A stretch of DNA of 64,000 bases, from assembly GCF_003334815.1 (NCBI RefSeq), contig NZ_QOWO01000005.1. One strand, 5' to 3'. The DNA is from Escherichia coli (GTDB lineage: Bacteria > Pseudomonadota > Gammaproteobacteria > Enterobacterales > Enterobacteriaceae). Shown piece by piece: positions 44,419 through 53,969 of this stretch; position 1 is the first letter of the stretch, and the number at the start of each line of letters is the position of its first letter. Under the pieces are notes generated by a model. It was not told the DNA's origin. It ran no database searches and saw only the letters and a list, made by a program, of their open reading frames with translations. The translations under genes were made by a program, and so were the position numbers.

Positions 44419-45309
44419 TTATTTCACCTGGCTACGGGCAAACAGGTTGTCGAGCTTCTCTTCGTACTGGTAGTAGTTGATGCTTTCGTACAGCTCGTTG
44501 CGGGTCTGCATGGTGTCGATGACGCTTTTCTGCGTGCCTTCCTGGCGCAGGACGTTGTAGACATGTTCAGCGGCGCGGTTCATGGCGCGGAACGCTGAAA
44601 GTGGGTACAGCGCCATTGCGACATGGGCGCTGCGTAATTCGTCGGTGGTAAACAGCGGCGTGGCACCAAATTCGGTGATGTTGGCGAGGATCGGCACCTG
44701 CACCGCATCGGCAAACTGGCGGTACATGGCGAGTTCGGTAATCGCCTCCGGGAACAACATCTCGGCACCCGCTTCAACATAGGCCTGCGCACGCTCGATC
44801 GCCGCATCCAGCCCCTCTACCGCCAGAGCATCGGTGCGCGCCATGATCACAAAATCAGGATCGGTTTTCGCATCCACCGCCGCGCGGATCCGATCCACCA
44901 TCTCTTCTTTCGAGACGATCGCTTTATTCGGACGATGACCGCAGCGTTTCGCACCAACCTGATCTTCAATATGCAATCCTGCCGCACCGGCTTTAATCAT
45001 CGATTTCACGGTGCGCGCCACGTTAAAGGCCGAAGAACCAAAACCGATATCCGCATCCACCAGCAGCGGCAGCGAACAAACGTCGGTGATACGGCGAATG
45101 TCGGTCAGCACATCATCAAGGGTAGAAATACCGAGATCGGGCAGCCCCAGCGAACCTGCCGCCACGCCACCGCCAGAAAGATAAATTGCCTGATATCCGG
45201 CACGCTGCGCCAACAGCGCATGATTAGCGTTGATGGTGCCAACAATCTGCAATGGATTTTCTTTAGTCAGTGCAGCGCGAAACGCTTTACCTGGAGAGTG
45301 TAGAGACAT
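44419..45309 (-). CDS. prpB: 2-methylisocitrate lyase
   Basis: 296 aa ORF. Confidence 0.95.
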   Translation of the reverse strand: MSLHSPGKAFRAALTKENPLQIVGTINANHALLAQRAGYQAIYLSGGGVAAGSLGLPDLGISTLDDVLTDIRRITDVCSLPLLVDADIGFGSSAFNVARTVKSMIKAGAAGLHIEDQVGAKRCGHRPNKAIVSKEEMVDRIRAAVDAKTDPDFVIMARTDALAVEGLDAAIERAQAYVEAGAEMLFPEAITELAMYRQFADAVQVPILANITEFGATPLFTTDELRSAHVAMALYPLSAFRAMNRAAEHVYNVLRQEGTQKSVIDTMQTRNELYESINYYQYEEKLDNLFARSQVK

Positions 45310-45355
45310 AGCCCATCCTTTGTTATCAACTTGTTATTTGCGTTGATAAAGACAA

Positions 45356-45371
45356 AGCAAGGGGTGTGCCA
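45356..45371 (-). promoter_or_regulatory. Sigma-54 (-24/-12) promoter of prpBCDE
   Basis: Minus-strand TGGCAC-ACCCC-TTGCT (plus strand agcaaggggtgtgcca); predicted start about 35 nt upstream of the prpB ATG; PrpR is a sigma-54 activator. Confidence 0.8.
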
Positions 45372-45547
45372 CAATTGCCTTAATAAAATTAAATGTTTAA
45401 TTTCAATTTGTTAGAGATAAAGTCATGAACTAATCCGCAAATATGCGTTTCAGTTAACGTTTCAGGCAATGTTTCACCGCGTTTCATTGCAACAATTATG
45501 AAACAAGACTAAACCCAATATTCGGTTTCTTAACTTTGCGGTGCGCT

Positions 45548-47134
45548 ATGGCACATCCACCACGGCTTAATGACGACAAACCGGTTATCTGGACGGTATC
45601 TGTAACGCGCCTGTTCGAGCTGTTTCGCGATATCAGCCTCGAGTTTGATCACCTGGCGAACATTACCCCTATTCAGCTTGGCTTTGAAAAAGCAGTGACC
45701 TACATCCGCAAGAAACTGGCAAACGAACGCTGTGACGCCATCATCGCGGCTGGCTCTAACGGCGCGTACCTGAAAAGCCGCCTGTCAGTGCCAGTTATTT
45801 TGATTAAACCGAGCGGCTACGATGTGTTACAGGCACTGGCAAAAGCCGGAAAACTCACCTCTTCTATCGGCGTTGTCACCTATCAGGAAACCATTCCAGC
45901 GCTGGTGGCGTTTCAAAAAACCTTTAATTTGCGCCTCGACCAACGTAGCTACATTACCGAGGAAGACGCACGCGGGCAGATTAACGAGCTAAAAGCTAAC
46001 GGCACCGAAGCGGTGGTCGGCGCAGGGCTGATTACCGATTTGGCAGAAGAAGCCGGAATGACCGGAATTTTTATCTATTCCGCCGCCACCGTGCGCCAGG
46101 CGTTCAGCGATGCGCTGGATATGACGCGCATGTCGTTACGCCATAACACTCACGATGCCACCCGCAACGCCCTGCGTACTCGTTACGTGCTGGGCGATAT
46201 GCTCGGTCAATCACCACAGATGGAACAAGTACGGCAGACTATTTTGCTGTATGCCCGCTCCAGTGCGGCGGTGTTGATTGAGGGGGAAACGGGGACGGGC
46301 AAAGAGCTGGCGGCCCAGGCGATTCATCGGGAATATTTTGCCCGCCACGATGCGCGACAGGGCAAAAAGTCGCATCCGTTTGTTGCCGTCAACTGCGGGG
46401 CGATTGCCGAATCGCTGCTGGAAGCAGAACTGTTTGGCTATGAGGAAGGGGCGTTTACCGGCTCGCGACGCGGAGGTCGCGCCGGGCTGTTCGAAATTGC
46501 CCACGGCGGTACGCTGTTTCTGGATGAGATTGGCGAAATGCCGCTACCTTTGCAGACCCGGCTGCTGCGGGTGCTGGAAGAAAAAGAGGTCACCCGCGTC
46601 GGCGGGCATCAGCCTGTTCCGGTAGATGTACGGGTCATTAGCGCCACTCACTGCAATCTGGAAGAAGATATGCAGCAAGGACGTTTTCGCCGTGATCTGT
46701 TTTATCGGCTGAGTATTTTGCGTCTGCAATTGCCACCACTGCGCGAGCGGGTGGCGGATATTCTTCCGCTGGCGGAAAGCTTTTTGAAAGTGTCTCTGGC
46801 GGCGCTCTCCGCCCCATTTTCTGCTGCATTACGCCAGGGGTTACAGGCAAGTGAAACTGTGCTGCTGCACTACGACTGGCCAGGCAATATTCGTGAACTG
46901 CGCAATATGATGGAACGACTGGCGCTGTTTTTAAGTGTGGAACCGACGCCGGATTTAACGCCGCAGTTTATGCAACTGCTACTGCCGGAACTGGCGCGCG
47001 AGTCGGCGAAAACTCCCGCTCCACGCTTACTGACACCACAACAGGCACTGGAGAAATTTAATGGCGATAAAACAGCAGCGGCGAATTATTTAGGCATCAG
47101 CCGGACGACGTTCTGGCGGCGGCTGAAAAGCTGA
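45548..47134 (+). CDS. prpR: Sigma-54-dependent activator of the prp operon
   Basis: ORF track 45536..47134; start [15 protein letters not shown] at ATG 45548 gives 528 aa; Walker [15 protein letters not shown] motif, C-terminal HTH. Confidence 0.9.
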   Translation: MAHPPRLNDDKPVIWTVSVTRLFELFRDISLEFDHLANITPIQLGFEKAVTYIRKKLANERCDAIIAAGSNGAYLKSRLSVPVILIKPSGYDVLQALAKAGKLTSSIGVVTYQETIPALVAFQKTFNLRLDQRSYITEEDARGQINELKANGTEAVVGAGLITDLAEEAGMTGIFIYSAATVRQAFSDALDMTRMSLRHNTHDATRNALRTRYVLGDMLGQSPQMEQVRQTILLYARSSAAVLIEGETGTGKELAAQAIHREYFARHDARQGKKSHPFVAVNCGAIAESLLEAELFGYEEGAFTGSRRGGRAGLFEIAHGGTLFLDEIGEMPLPLQTRLLRVLEEKEVTRVGGHQPVPVDVRVISATHCNLEEDMQQGRFRRDLFYRLSILRLQLPPLRERVADILPLAESFLKVSLAALSAPFSAALRQGLQASETVLLHYDWPGNIRELRNMMERLALFLSVEPTPDLTPQFMQLLLPELARESAKTPAPRLLTPQQALEKFNGDKTAAANYLGISRTTFWRRLKS

Positions 47135-47136
47135 AC

Positions 47137-47169
47137 TGCCGAATGCAGCGCGAACGCTTTATCCGGCAT
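47137..47169. repeat. REP-like palindrome between prpR and yahO
   Basis: tgccgaatgcagcgcgaacgctttatccggcat. Confidence 0.55.
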
Positions 47170-47231
47170 AAATTTCAATAGATGATCACCGATAAACTTA
47201 CGCATCGGAGATGTTTACATAGGATTCAGAA

Positions 47232-47507
47232 TTACTTCTTCTTATAAATATTTGCCGTGCCGTGGATCTTATTGTCAGTTTGACCGGAGGTCAGTACCAA
47301 CACATCAGCCCCTTTTTCATCCGCTTTTTTGATCAAATCTTCTTTTGCATCTGCAGTCGACATTTCATTGCTGGTTGAAATATCACCTATTTTTTCATAC
47401 TGCGATTCAACTTTTTCAAATTCCGCTTTGGTCATCAATTCAGCGGCATAGACATTGGTAACGGCTAACGCTAACGCACCGACTAACATTTTAGAGATTA
47501 TTTTCAT
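47232..47507 (-). CDS. yahO: DUF1471-family small periplasmic protein
   Basis: 91 aa with signal peptide [22 protein letters not shown]. Confidence 0.8.
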   Translation of the reverse strand: MKIISKMLVGALALAVTNVYAAELMTKAEFEKVESQYEKIGDISTSNEMSTADAKEDLIKKADEKGADVLVLTSGQTDNKIHGTANIYKKK

Positions 47508-47653
47508 ATTACGGCTCCAGAGTTGTTATCACACTATCACCCACCCACATTATTGGGTTGATTAATAATTAGTTCAGTCAGGGCATAAACGCCAGTAACC
47601 GGAAATAAGACACTTTGTGATCTCTCTCGCACCCGATTATTTTTGGTAGAAAT

Positions 47654-48325
47654 ATGATGCAGTTAGTTCACTTATTTATGGATGAAATCACTATGGATCC
47701 TTTGCATGCCGTTTACCTGACCGTAGGACTGTTCGTGATTACTTTTTTTAATCCGGGAGCCAATCTCTTTGTGGTAGTACAAACCAGCCTGGCTTCCGGT
47801 CGACGCGCAGGGGTGCTGACCGGGCTGGGCGTGGCGCTGGGCGATGCATTTTATTCCGGGTTGGGTTTGTTTGGTCTTGCAACGCTAATTACGCAGTGTG
47901 AGGAGATTTTTTCGCTTATCAGAATCGTCGGCGGCGCTTATCTCTTATGGTTTGCGTGGTGCAGCATGCGCCGCCAGTCAACACCGCAAATGAGCACACT
48001 ACAACAACCGATTAGCGCCCCCTGGTATGTCTTTTTTCGCCGCGGATTAATTACCGATCTCTCTAACCCGCAAACCGTTTTATTTTTTATCAGTATTTTC
48101 TCAGTAACATTAAATGCCGAAACACCAACATGGGCACGTTTAATGGCCTGGGCGGGGATTGTGCTCGCATCAATTATCTGGCGAGTTTTTCTTAGTCAGG
48201 CGTTTTCTTTGCCCGCTGTGCGTCGTGCTTATGGGCGTATGCAACGCGTTGCCAGTCGGGTTATTGGTGCAATTATTGGTGTATTCGCGCTACGCCTGAT
48301 TTACGAAGGGGTGACGCAGCGGTGA
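47654..48325 (+). CDS. yahN: LysE/RhtB-family amino-acid exporter
   Basis: 223 aa hydrophobic ORF. Confidence 0.8.
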   Translation: MMQLVHLFMDEITMDPLHAVYLTVGLFVITFFNPGANLFVVVQTSLASGRRAGVLTGLGVALGDAFYSGLGLFGLATLITQCEEIFSLIRIVGGAYLLWFAWCSMRRQSTPQMSTLQQPISAPWYVFFRRGLITDLSNPQTVLFFISIFSVTLNAETPTWARLMAWAGIVLASIIWRVFLSQAFSLPAVRRAYGRMQRVASRVIGAIIGVFALRLIYEGVTQR

Positions 48326-48341
48326 GCAGATAATTTACTCT

Positions 48342-48587
48342 CTACGTAATCAACCTGATTTGCCGAATCACGGCCATCGGCGATGATAGCCCCCGTAATG
48401 CGTGGTCCTTATTTCCGATAAGTTTACTTGAGTCTTTAGCTTCCCATTTCAGCCCACTCTCCCCTGTGTGGGCTTTTTTCATTGGTCTGCCCCATCCTGA
48501 ATAGCCAAACAATGGCAATGTTCCACTTTGCAGGGATGATAATAAGGGGATCTGATTCAGAAGAGTTTTGAAAAGTTGGACCGCCAT
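48342..48587 (-). CDS. yahM: Small uncharacterised protein
   Basis: ORF track 48342..48617; start at internal Met (MAVQLFKTLL) gives 81 aa; no recognisable motif; weak call. Confidence 0.5.
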   Translation of the reverse strand: MAVQLFKTLLNQIPLLSSLQSGTLPLFGYSGWGRPMKKAHTGESGLKWEAKDSSKLIGNKDHALRGLSSPMAVIRQIRLIT

Positions 48588-48999
48588 CGAGGCCTCGAAC
48601 CCCGTACCATACAACAATCCTGGTTGTCGTCTGCTCTTCCTGATGAGCTAATGGCGGTTTTTGATATGAGCCTTACAGCATATTTTCTGTCAGGCTTGAG
48701 TGCGATGCGTAAGATACAGAAAAGACCCCACGCAAACATGATGGAATTATGATTTTTTTCATATGAATGTCAACCAACACATTCACAAAACATCTGCATG
48801 AGATCATTTTTTATACACCGCATGGCTGCGAAACCACTACTGGTGCTTTTTTAAGCGAAGTGTCGCCGATCACAACAAAATATCGGCGAAAAAAGAGATG
48901 GAATGCCAGTTGGCATACAGATATACAGATGAAATGATTACCTGCATTGCGATTCACTCTCAGGTGGAATAACAACTTGCAGGTGGAACCCTTTCTGAA

Positions 49000-49815
49000 C
49001 TAAAGAGTGTAGCGGATTTTAACGTGCTTATTTACAGGATAATATCTGTCACCTAATTCCTGCACTCTATTAGATATCCATTCATTTAATCGCGCATCAT
49101 CTCTGTATGTTTTTACGTCCAGAACAGAGAGCAATAACATCACCAGTGATTCAGGAAAAACAGGGTAGATATTTTTTAAGTGTAATAATAATCCATGCGC
49201 AAGCGCCTGCTTAATGGGCGCGTCTGTCTCCGGAATAGACGACATTTCGCGAAGCCATTTTTCCACATGCATACACTCTTTCCCTTTAGGGAAAATTCTC
49301 AGCAAAGGCATATGGTATTCAAGAAGAATACATTTGCAATCTGTTCGCACTGAATCGATAAACTGCACTAATTTCTTAAGCCCGGTAAAGCGTCCAGCCT
49401 GCACGTTTGCTTTAATATCAAGAAACGCATCATCCTGGTCATATACCCAAACTGTCCCTTTTTGATTTTCAAGTATGTGAAAAACAAACTTAACCGGGTG
49501 ATCAGGGTAATCCATCCAGTCATAAAATCCAGGGAAATCATTAAACTGCACATTTATGGTGAGTGCGTTATCGTCTGACCACTCACAGTCTCGTACGGCA
49601 GCCATGAGATGAATGAGTTTGTCGTCATCGACTAAATCATCACGACAATCATAAGGATAATCATAATATTGTTTAATCAAAACCTTGAATATATCGACAC
49701 AGGAAACCAGGGAGCTTTTGATATCCTCTGGTAACTGATTGTTTTTAACCGTATTAAGTATGCTTTGTTGCGTATATGGCATCAAATTATTGTGCGGAGC
49801 TTTTAATGATATCAT
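49000..49815 (-). CDS. yahL: Uncharacterised 271-aa protein in an AT-rich segment
   Basis: 271 aa ORF; visibly lower GC than neighbours; no motif I recognise. Confidence 0.7.
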   Translation of the reverse strand: MISLKAPHNNLMPYTQQSILNTVKNNQLPEDIKSSLVSCVDIFKVLIKQYYDYPYDCRDDLVDDDKLIHLMAAVRDCEWSDDNALTINVQFNDFPGFYDWMDYPDHPVKFVFHILENQKGTVWVYDQDDAFLDIKANVQAGRFTGLKKLVQFIDSVRTDCKCILLEYHMPLLRIFPKGKECMHVEKWLREMSSIPETDAPIKQALAHGLLLHLKNIYPVFPESLVMLLLSVLDVKTYRDDARLNEWISNRVQELGDRYYPVNKHVKIRYTL

Positions 49816-49984
49816 CGCGATCTCTCTTAAATAAAAATAAACGTCGCAGATAATAAAGCTCTGATTAAACCAGGCACTATCAGAAATCGCTCATAACTAA
49901 CGTGTGAAGTATTGTGTACTGGAGGGCGTTAATTTAACAATTTAAATTTACGTTATAGGTTTTACTGCTACTTTGATATTATTT

Positions 49985-50018
49985 CGCTCTCCTTAACTAA
50001 AAAGTTAAGTGGAGAGCG
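49985..50018. other. Near-perfect 14-bp-stem hairpin between yahK and yahL
   Basis: cgctctccttaact-aaaa-agttaagtggagagcg; about 40 nt downstream of the yahK stop; no flanking U-tract. Confidence 0.4.
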
Positions 50019-50057
50019 AAGTTAATATGTTAAACCACAAGGTATTTATTAATTTTT

Positions 50058-51107
50058 TCAGTCTGTTAGTGTGCGATTATCGATAACAAAACGATATTTC
50101 ACATCACCGCGCAGCATTCGCTCATAGGCTTCATTAATTTGATCGGCCCGAATCATCTCTATATCAGCCACGATGCCATGTTCGGCGCAAAAATCGAGCA
50201 TCTCCTGAGTTTCTGGAATGCCGCCAATCATAGAACCGGCTATCGCACGGCGTTTCATGATCAGGTTGAAAACTTCCGGCGATTTATGCGGTGTCGCAGG
50301 CGCACCAACCAGCGTCATGGTGCCATCACGCTTCAGCAAGGTGGTAAAATCGTCGAGATTATGTGGCGCAGCTACTGTATTCAAAATGAAATCGAAACTC
50401 TTCAGATGAGCCGCCATCTCATCGGCATTGCGTGAGTTAACAACTTCATCGGCCCCCAGGGCTTTTGCCGCTTCGCGTTTTGCCTCAGAAGTGGTAAATG
50501 CCACCACATGTGCCCCCATCGCGTGGGCCAGCTTAATCCCCATATGTCCCAGACCGCCGATGCCGACCACGCCCACTTTTTTACCCGGCCCGGCCTGCCA
50601 GTGACGTAGCGGCGAATACGTGGTGATCCCTGCACACAACAAAGGAGCCACCGCCGCCAGCTGCTCTTGCGGGTGACGAATACGCAGAACATATCGCTCA
50701 TGAACGACGATCTGTTGTGAGTAGCCGCCCAGAGTATGGCCCGGTTCGTCCGGCGTCGGCGAGTTATAGGTGCCGGTCATGTGATCACAGTAGTTTTCCA
50801 ACCCGTCTTCACACTCTTCGCAATGTTTACAACTGTCGACAATGCAGCCGACACCGACCAGATCGCCCGGCGCATATTTTTCTACCTGATCACCAACGGC
50901 TACCACACGCCCCACAATTTCATGACCCGGCACGCAGGGGTAAACCGTCCCCGCCCACTCGGAACGGACCTGGTGGAGAGCGGAATGGCAAACGCCACAG
51001 TAAGCGATTTCGATTTTGACATCATTCGGTCCCGGTTCACGCCGGGTGATATCCATCGGTTCAAGTGGTTGTTTAGCGGAATATGCACCAACAGCTTTGA
51101 TCTTCAT
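50058..51107 (-). CDS. yahK: NADPH-dependent aldehyde reductase (zinc alcohol dehydrogenase family)
   Basis: 349 aa; GHEIVG zinc motif, GIGGLGH Rossmann motif. Confidence 0.9.
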   Translation of the reverse strand: MKIKAVGAYSAKQPLEPMDITRREPGPNDVKIEIAYCGVCHSALHQVRSEWAGTVYPCVPGHEIVGRVVAVGDQVEKYAPGDLVGVGCIVDSCKHCEECEDGLENYCDHMTGTYNSPTPDEPGHTLGGYSQQIVVHERYVLRIRHPQEQLAAVAPLLCAGITTYSPLRHWQAGPGKKVGVVGIGGLGHMGIKLAHAMGAHVVAFTTSEAKREAAKALGADEVVNSRNADEMAAHLKSFDFILNTVAAPHNLDDFTTLLKRDGTMTLVGAPATPHKSPEVFNLIMKRRAIAGSMIGGIPETQEMLDFCAEHGIVADIEMIRADQINEAYERMLRGDVKYRFVIDNRTLTD

Positions 51108-51483
51108 TGTGTTTACTCCTGATTAGCTATGTGTATTTGGCAACGCCTGATATGTCATCGCGGCAAAACGCGTCCATTGAATATAGCCAATATTTAAACC
51201 ACCCGATCCAGCCCCAACATGCCGCGAGCCTGAATGAAACAGAGCAGCAACGTTCCCCATAAGGCGAGCGCCTGTAAGTGTGATATTTGCTATCTGTAAA
51301 AGACTAAAATCGGCAAAACTGATGATCTTTTCACGTAGACAAATAGTTATCTACACAACGTCAATAAGGGCATATTCCTCAAAGATAATGTCCATTTCTG
51401 CCGACACACTCATATTCAGATTGCCCCACTCCCTGGGGCTTAAATCTCTTACTATTCACCGTTGCAGGCGTTTCAAATGCGCA

Positions 51484-52866
51484 TCAACCTGCCACACTCC
51501 CCCACACCAGTTGCCCTTTATGGAACGTTGCGGTTCTCGGCGAGATACGCGCCACCGCCTCGGCGGAACAGGAGGCGTCCACCAGCACAAAGCTGGCGTC
51601 ATCCTGCGCTTTTGGCCATACACGCTCGCCTTTTTCATTCAGCGGCAATACATCGCCAGTGGCTAAAAACAGCGAGCGGGAGAGGTTCTGTTCGTTAGGA
51701 CGAATATAGAGCTGCGCGTACAGATTGGCTTTTTCCAGCATGTCGCCCAGACCATAAGGCGACCAGTGGTCGATAACGCTGTCAGTGCCAGTCATCACTT
51801 TTACGCCTTTGTCGTGCAACTGTTTGAGCGGCATATGCAGCGTGCCAATCGGCACCGTCGAGGCGATAGAAATTTGTTGCACCACCATCCGGTTCGCCAG
51901 TTCATCTACCTGTTGCTCGTTGAGCGTTGCCAGCGCAAAGGCGTGACTGATGGTCAGCTTGCCCTTCAGCTGTGGCGTTTTCTCTACCGTTTCAACCATA
52001 TAATTGATGGCTGCCACGCCTGCCGGAGTGGTTTCGTGCAGGTGAATATCGACGCCTTTGTCGTAGTCCAGCGCAATCTGGAACATGGTGTCGAGGGATT
52101 TTTCCATCGCGCCATCAACACTGGTCGGGTCCAGGCCGCCGACGTAATGCGCCCCCGCCTGCATCGCTTCACGCATTAAAGGTTCAGATTTCGACAGCAG
52201 CAAACCGTGCTGCGGGAAGGCGACGATTTCACACTCAAAGCCCGCCTGACGTCGCGCCAGCACCGCCTGCAAATTTTGCAGATTTTTCAGGCCGGAAACC
52301 GGTTCGATATTGCAGTGGCTGCGGGCAATGGTGGTGCCTTTCGACTGCAATAAATCAATCAGTTTTTCTGCCCGCTCCTGAGTGTACGGTTGCAGTTCCG
52401 GCAGCATTTTCTGCTCGAGTTTGATCATGTCCTGGATGGTGGTGCCTGCCGGACGATTGAGCGAGCGCCACGGCCCGCCGTAAAAGGTTTTGTCGAGATG
52501 AATATGCATGTCGCGGGTGGTGGGCAGCATCAGCTTACCGCCAGCGTCATAGTGCGGCAGCGTGGCGTCCGGATGCAGCTTGTTCTCGCGCAGGGCGACA
52601 ATTTTGCCGTCCTGAATCTCCACGGTCTGGCGCGCCGTGCGGGTCTGCACCGCCACGCCATTTTCGTAGTCAAAACCGGTTTCCAGCAGCACGTTATCGA
52701 GATAGTAATGCGGGTCAGTGATTTTCATGGTGTTGTTCGCTTCGCAGTTTAGGGTGCCAGCTACCGCCGCATGGGCGAGCGGCACAGAGGTACCAAACAG
52801 CGCGGCGGCGGTGACCATCTTACCGCTCTGGCTCAGAAATTCACGGCGGCTATTGCTTTCTTTCAT
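51484..52866 (-). CDS. yahJ: Amidohydrolase-superfamily deaminase-like protein with twin-arginine signal peptide
   Basis: 460 aa; N-terminus SRREFLSQSGKMVTAAALFGTSVPLAHA (Tat motif); HIHLD metal-binding motif shared with CodA. Confidence 0.85.
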   Translation of the reverse strand: MKESNSRREFLSQSGKMVTAAALFGTSVPLAHAAVAGTLNCEANNTMKITDPHYYLDNVLLETGFDYENGVAVQTRTARQTVEIQDGKIVALRENKLHPDATLPHYDAGGKLMLPTTRDMHIHLDKTFYGGPWRSLNRPAGTTIQDMIKLEQKMLPELQPYTQERAEKLIDLLQSKGTTIARSHCNIEPVSGLKNLQNLQAVLARRQAGFECEIVAFPQHGLLLSKSEPLMREAMQAGAHYVGGLDPTSVDGAMEKSLDTMFQIALDYDKGVDIHLHETTPAGVAAINYMVETVEKTPQLKGKLTISHAFALATLNEQQVDELANRMVVQQISIASTVPIGTLHMPLKQLHDKGVKVMTGTDSVIDHWSPYGLGDMLEKANLYAQLYIRPNEQNLSRSLFLATGDVLPLNEKGERVWPKAQDDASFVLVDASCSAEAVARISPRTATFHKGQLVWGSVAG

Positions 52867-52875
52867 CTTACGTCC

Positions 52876-53826
52876 TTACGTTTTAATAATATGAGTGCCC
52901 GTTTCGCCGCGCAGCGCCGCAGGCAGGCATTCCGGCGTGGTGATAATCACTTCTTTGCCGCCTTGTTCTAAAAATGTCAGGCTGGCGATGATTTTTGGCA
53001 ACATGCTGCCGGGCGGGAAATGCCCTTCCTGCATATAGCGGGTCATGGTGGCAATATCCACCCGATCGAGCGCCTGCTGCTGCGGTTTGCCAAAGTGAAT
53101 ACACACTTTTTCGACGCCAGTGGTGATCACAAGAATGTCGGCGTGAATTTCACGGGCCAGCAGCGCGGTAGAGAGATCTTTGTCGATAACCGCGTCCACG
53201 CTTTGGTAATCTCCCGCGTCAGTACGCACTACCGGAATTCCACCGCCGCCCGCGCCAATTACGACAAAACCTTGTTGGATCAGCGCTTTAATGGCAGGTG
53301 CTTCGACAATACGTTTCGGTTCCGGCGAGGCGACCACGCGGCGATAGCCCCGCCCGGCATCTTCAACAAAACACCAGTCAGGGTTTGCCTTTTGTAATTC
53401 GTCACGCTGGCTGTCACTAAAGAATGCGCCGATGGGCTTGGTGGGATGGGCAAAACCTGGATCGTTTTTATCCACTTCCACCTGAGTCACCACGGTGACG
53501 GCTTTCTTCTCGCCGTGACGCGCCAGCCGGTTATTCAGCGCCTGTTGGATCAGATAGCCGATGCCGCCCTGCGTATCTGCCACACAGTTCGCCAGCGGCG
53601 TTAAGGGCAGCCCTTCGCGCTTGTGGGCAATCTCCGCACGGCGTAAATCCAGCCCGACCTGCGGCCCGTTGCCGTGGGTCAGCACAATGTCGTAATCGGA
53701 AGCCAGCATTTCCAGCACCGTATCGGCGACGGCTTTCACCGCCTCCGCCTGATGCTCAATCGACTGGCTGGCGTTATCTTTGATAATGCTGTTGCCACCA
53801 ATGGCAACGACCACAAGCTCTTTCAT
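52876..53826 (-). CDS. yahI: Carbamate kinase-like protein
   Basis: 316 aa; N-terminal VVVAIGGNSI motif typical of carbamate kinases. Confidence 0.88.
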   Translation of the reverse strand: MKELVVVAIGGNSIIKDNASQSIEHQAEAVKAVADTVLEMLASDYDIVLTHGNGPQVGLDLRRAEIAHKREGLPLTPLANCVADTQGGIGYLIQQALNNRLARHGEKKAVTVVTQVEVDKNDPGFAHPTKPIGAFFSDSQRDELQKANPDWCFVEDAGRGYRRVVASPEPKRIVEAPAIKALIQQGFVVIGAGGGGIPVVRTDAGDYQSVDAVIDKDLSTALLAREIHADILVITTGVEKVCIHFGKPQQQALDRVDIATMTRYMQEGHFPPGSMLPKIIASLTFLEQGGKEVIITTPECLPAALRGETGTHIIKT

Positions 53827-53873
53827 GTTGTTATGTCCGCTACAGAGGGTGATGGGGTTATGACCAACGCCAG

Positions 53874-53958
53874 AATGCCTGATGCGCTACGCTTATCAGG
53901 CCTACAGATTCTTGCGCCATTCGTAGGCCGGATAAGGCGTTCACGCCGCATCCGGCAT
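53874..53958. repeat. BIME/REP palindromes between yahG and yahI
   Basis: gcctgatgcgctacgcttatcaggcctacag...gtaggccggataaggcgttcacgccgcatccggcatgaac. Confidence 0.8.
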
Positions 53959-53969
53959 GAACATGTAGG

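Noticed and set aside
43954-44598. 214-aa ORF with threefold internal repeat ([29 protein letters not shown]...)
   Set aside because: The protein repeats are simply the translation of the three tandem BIME units between prpC and prpB; not a coding gene.
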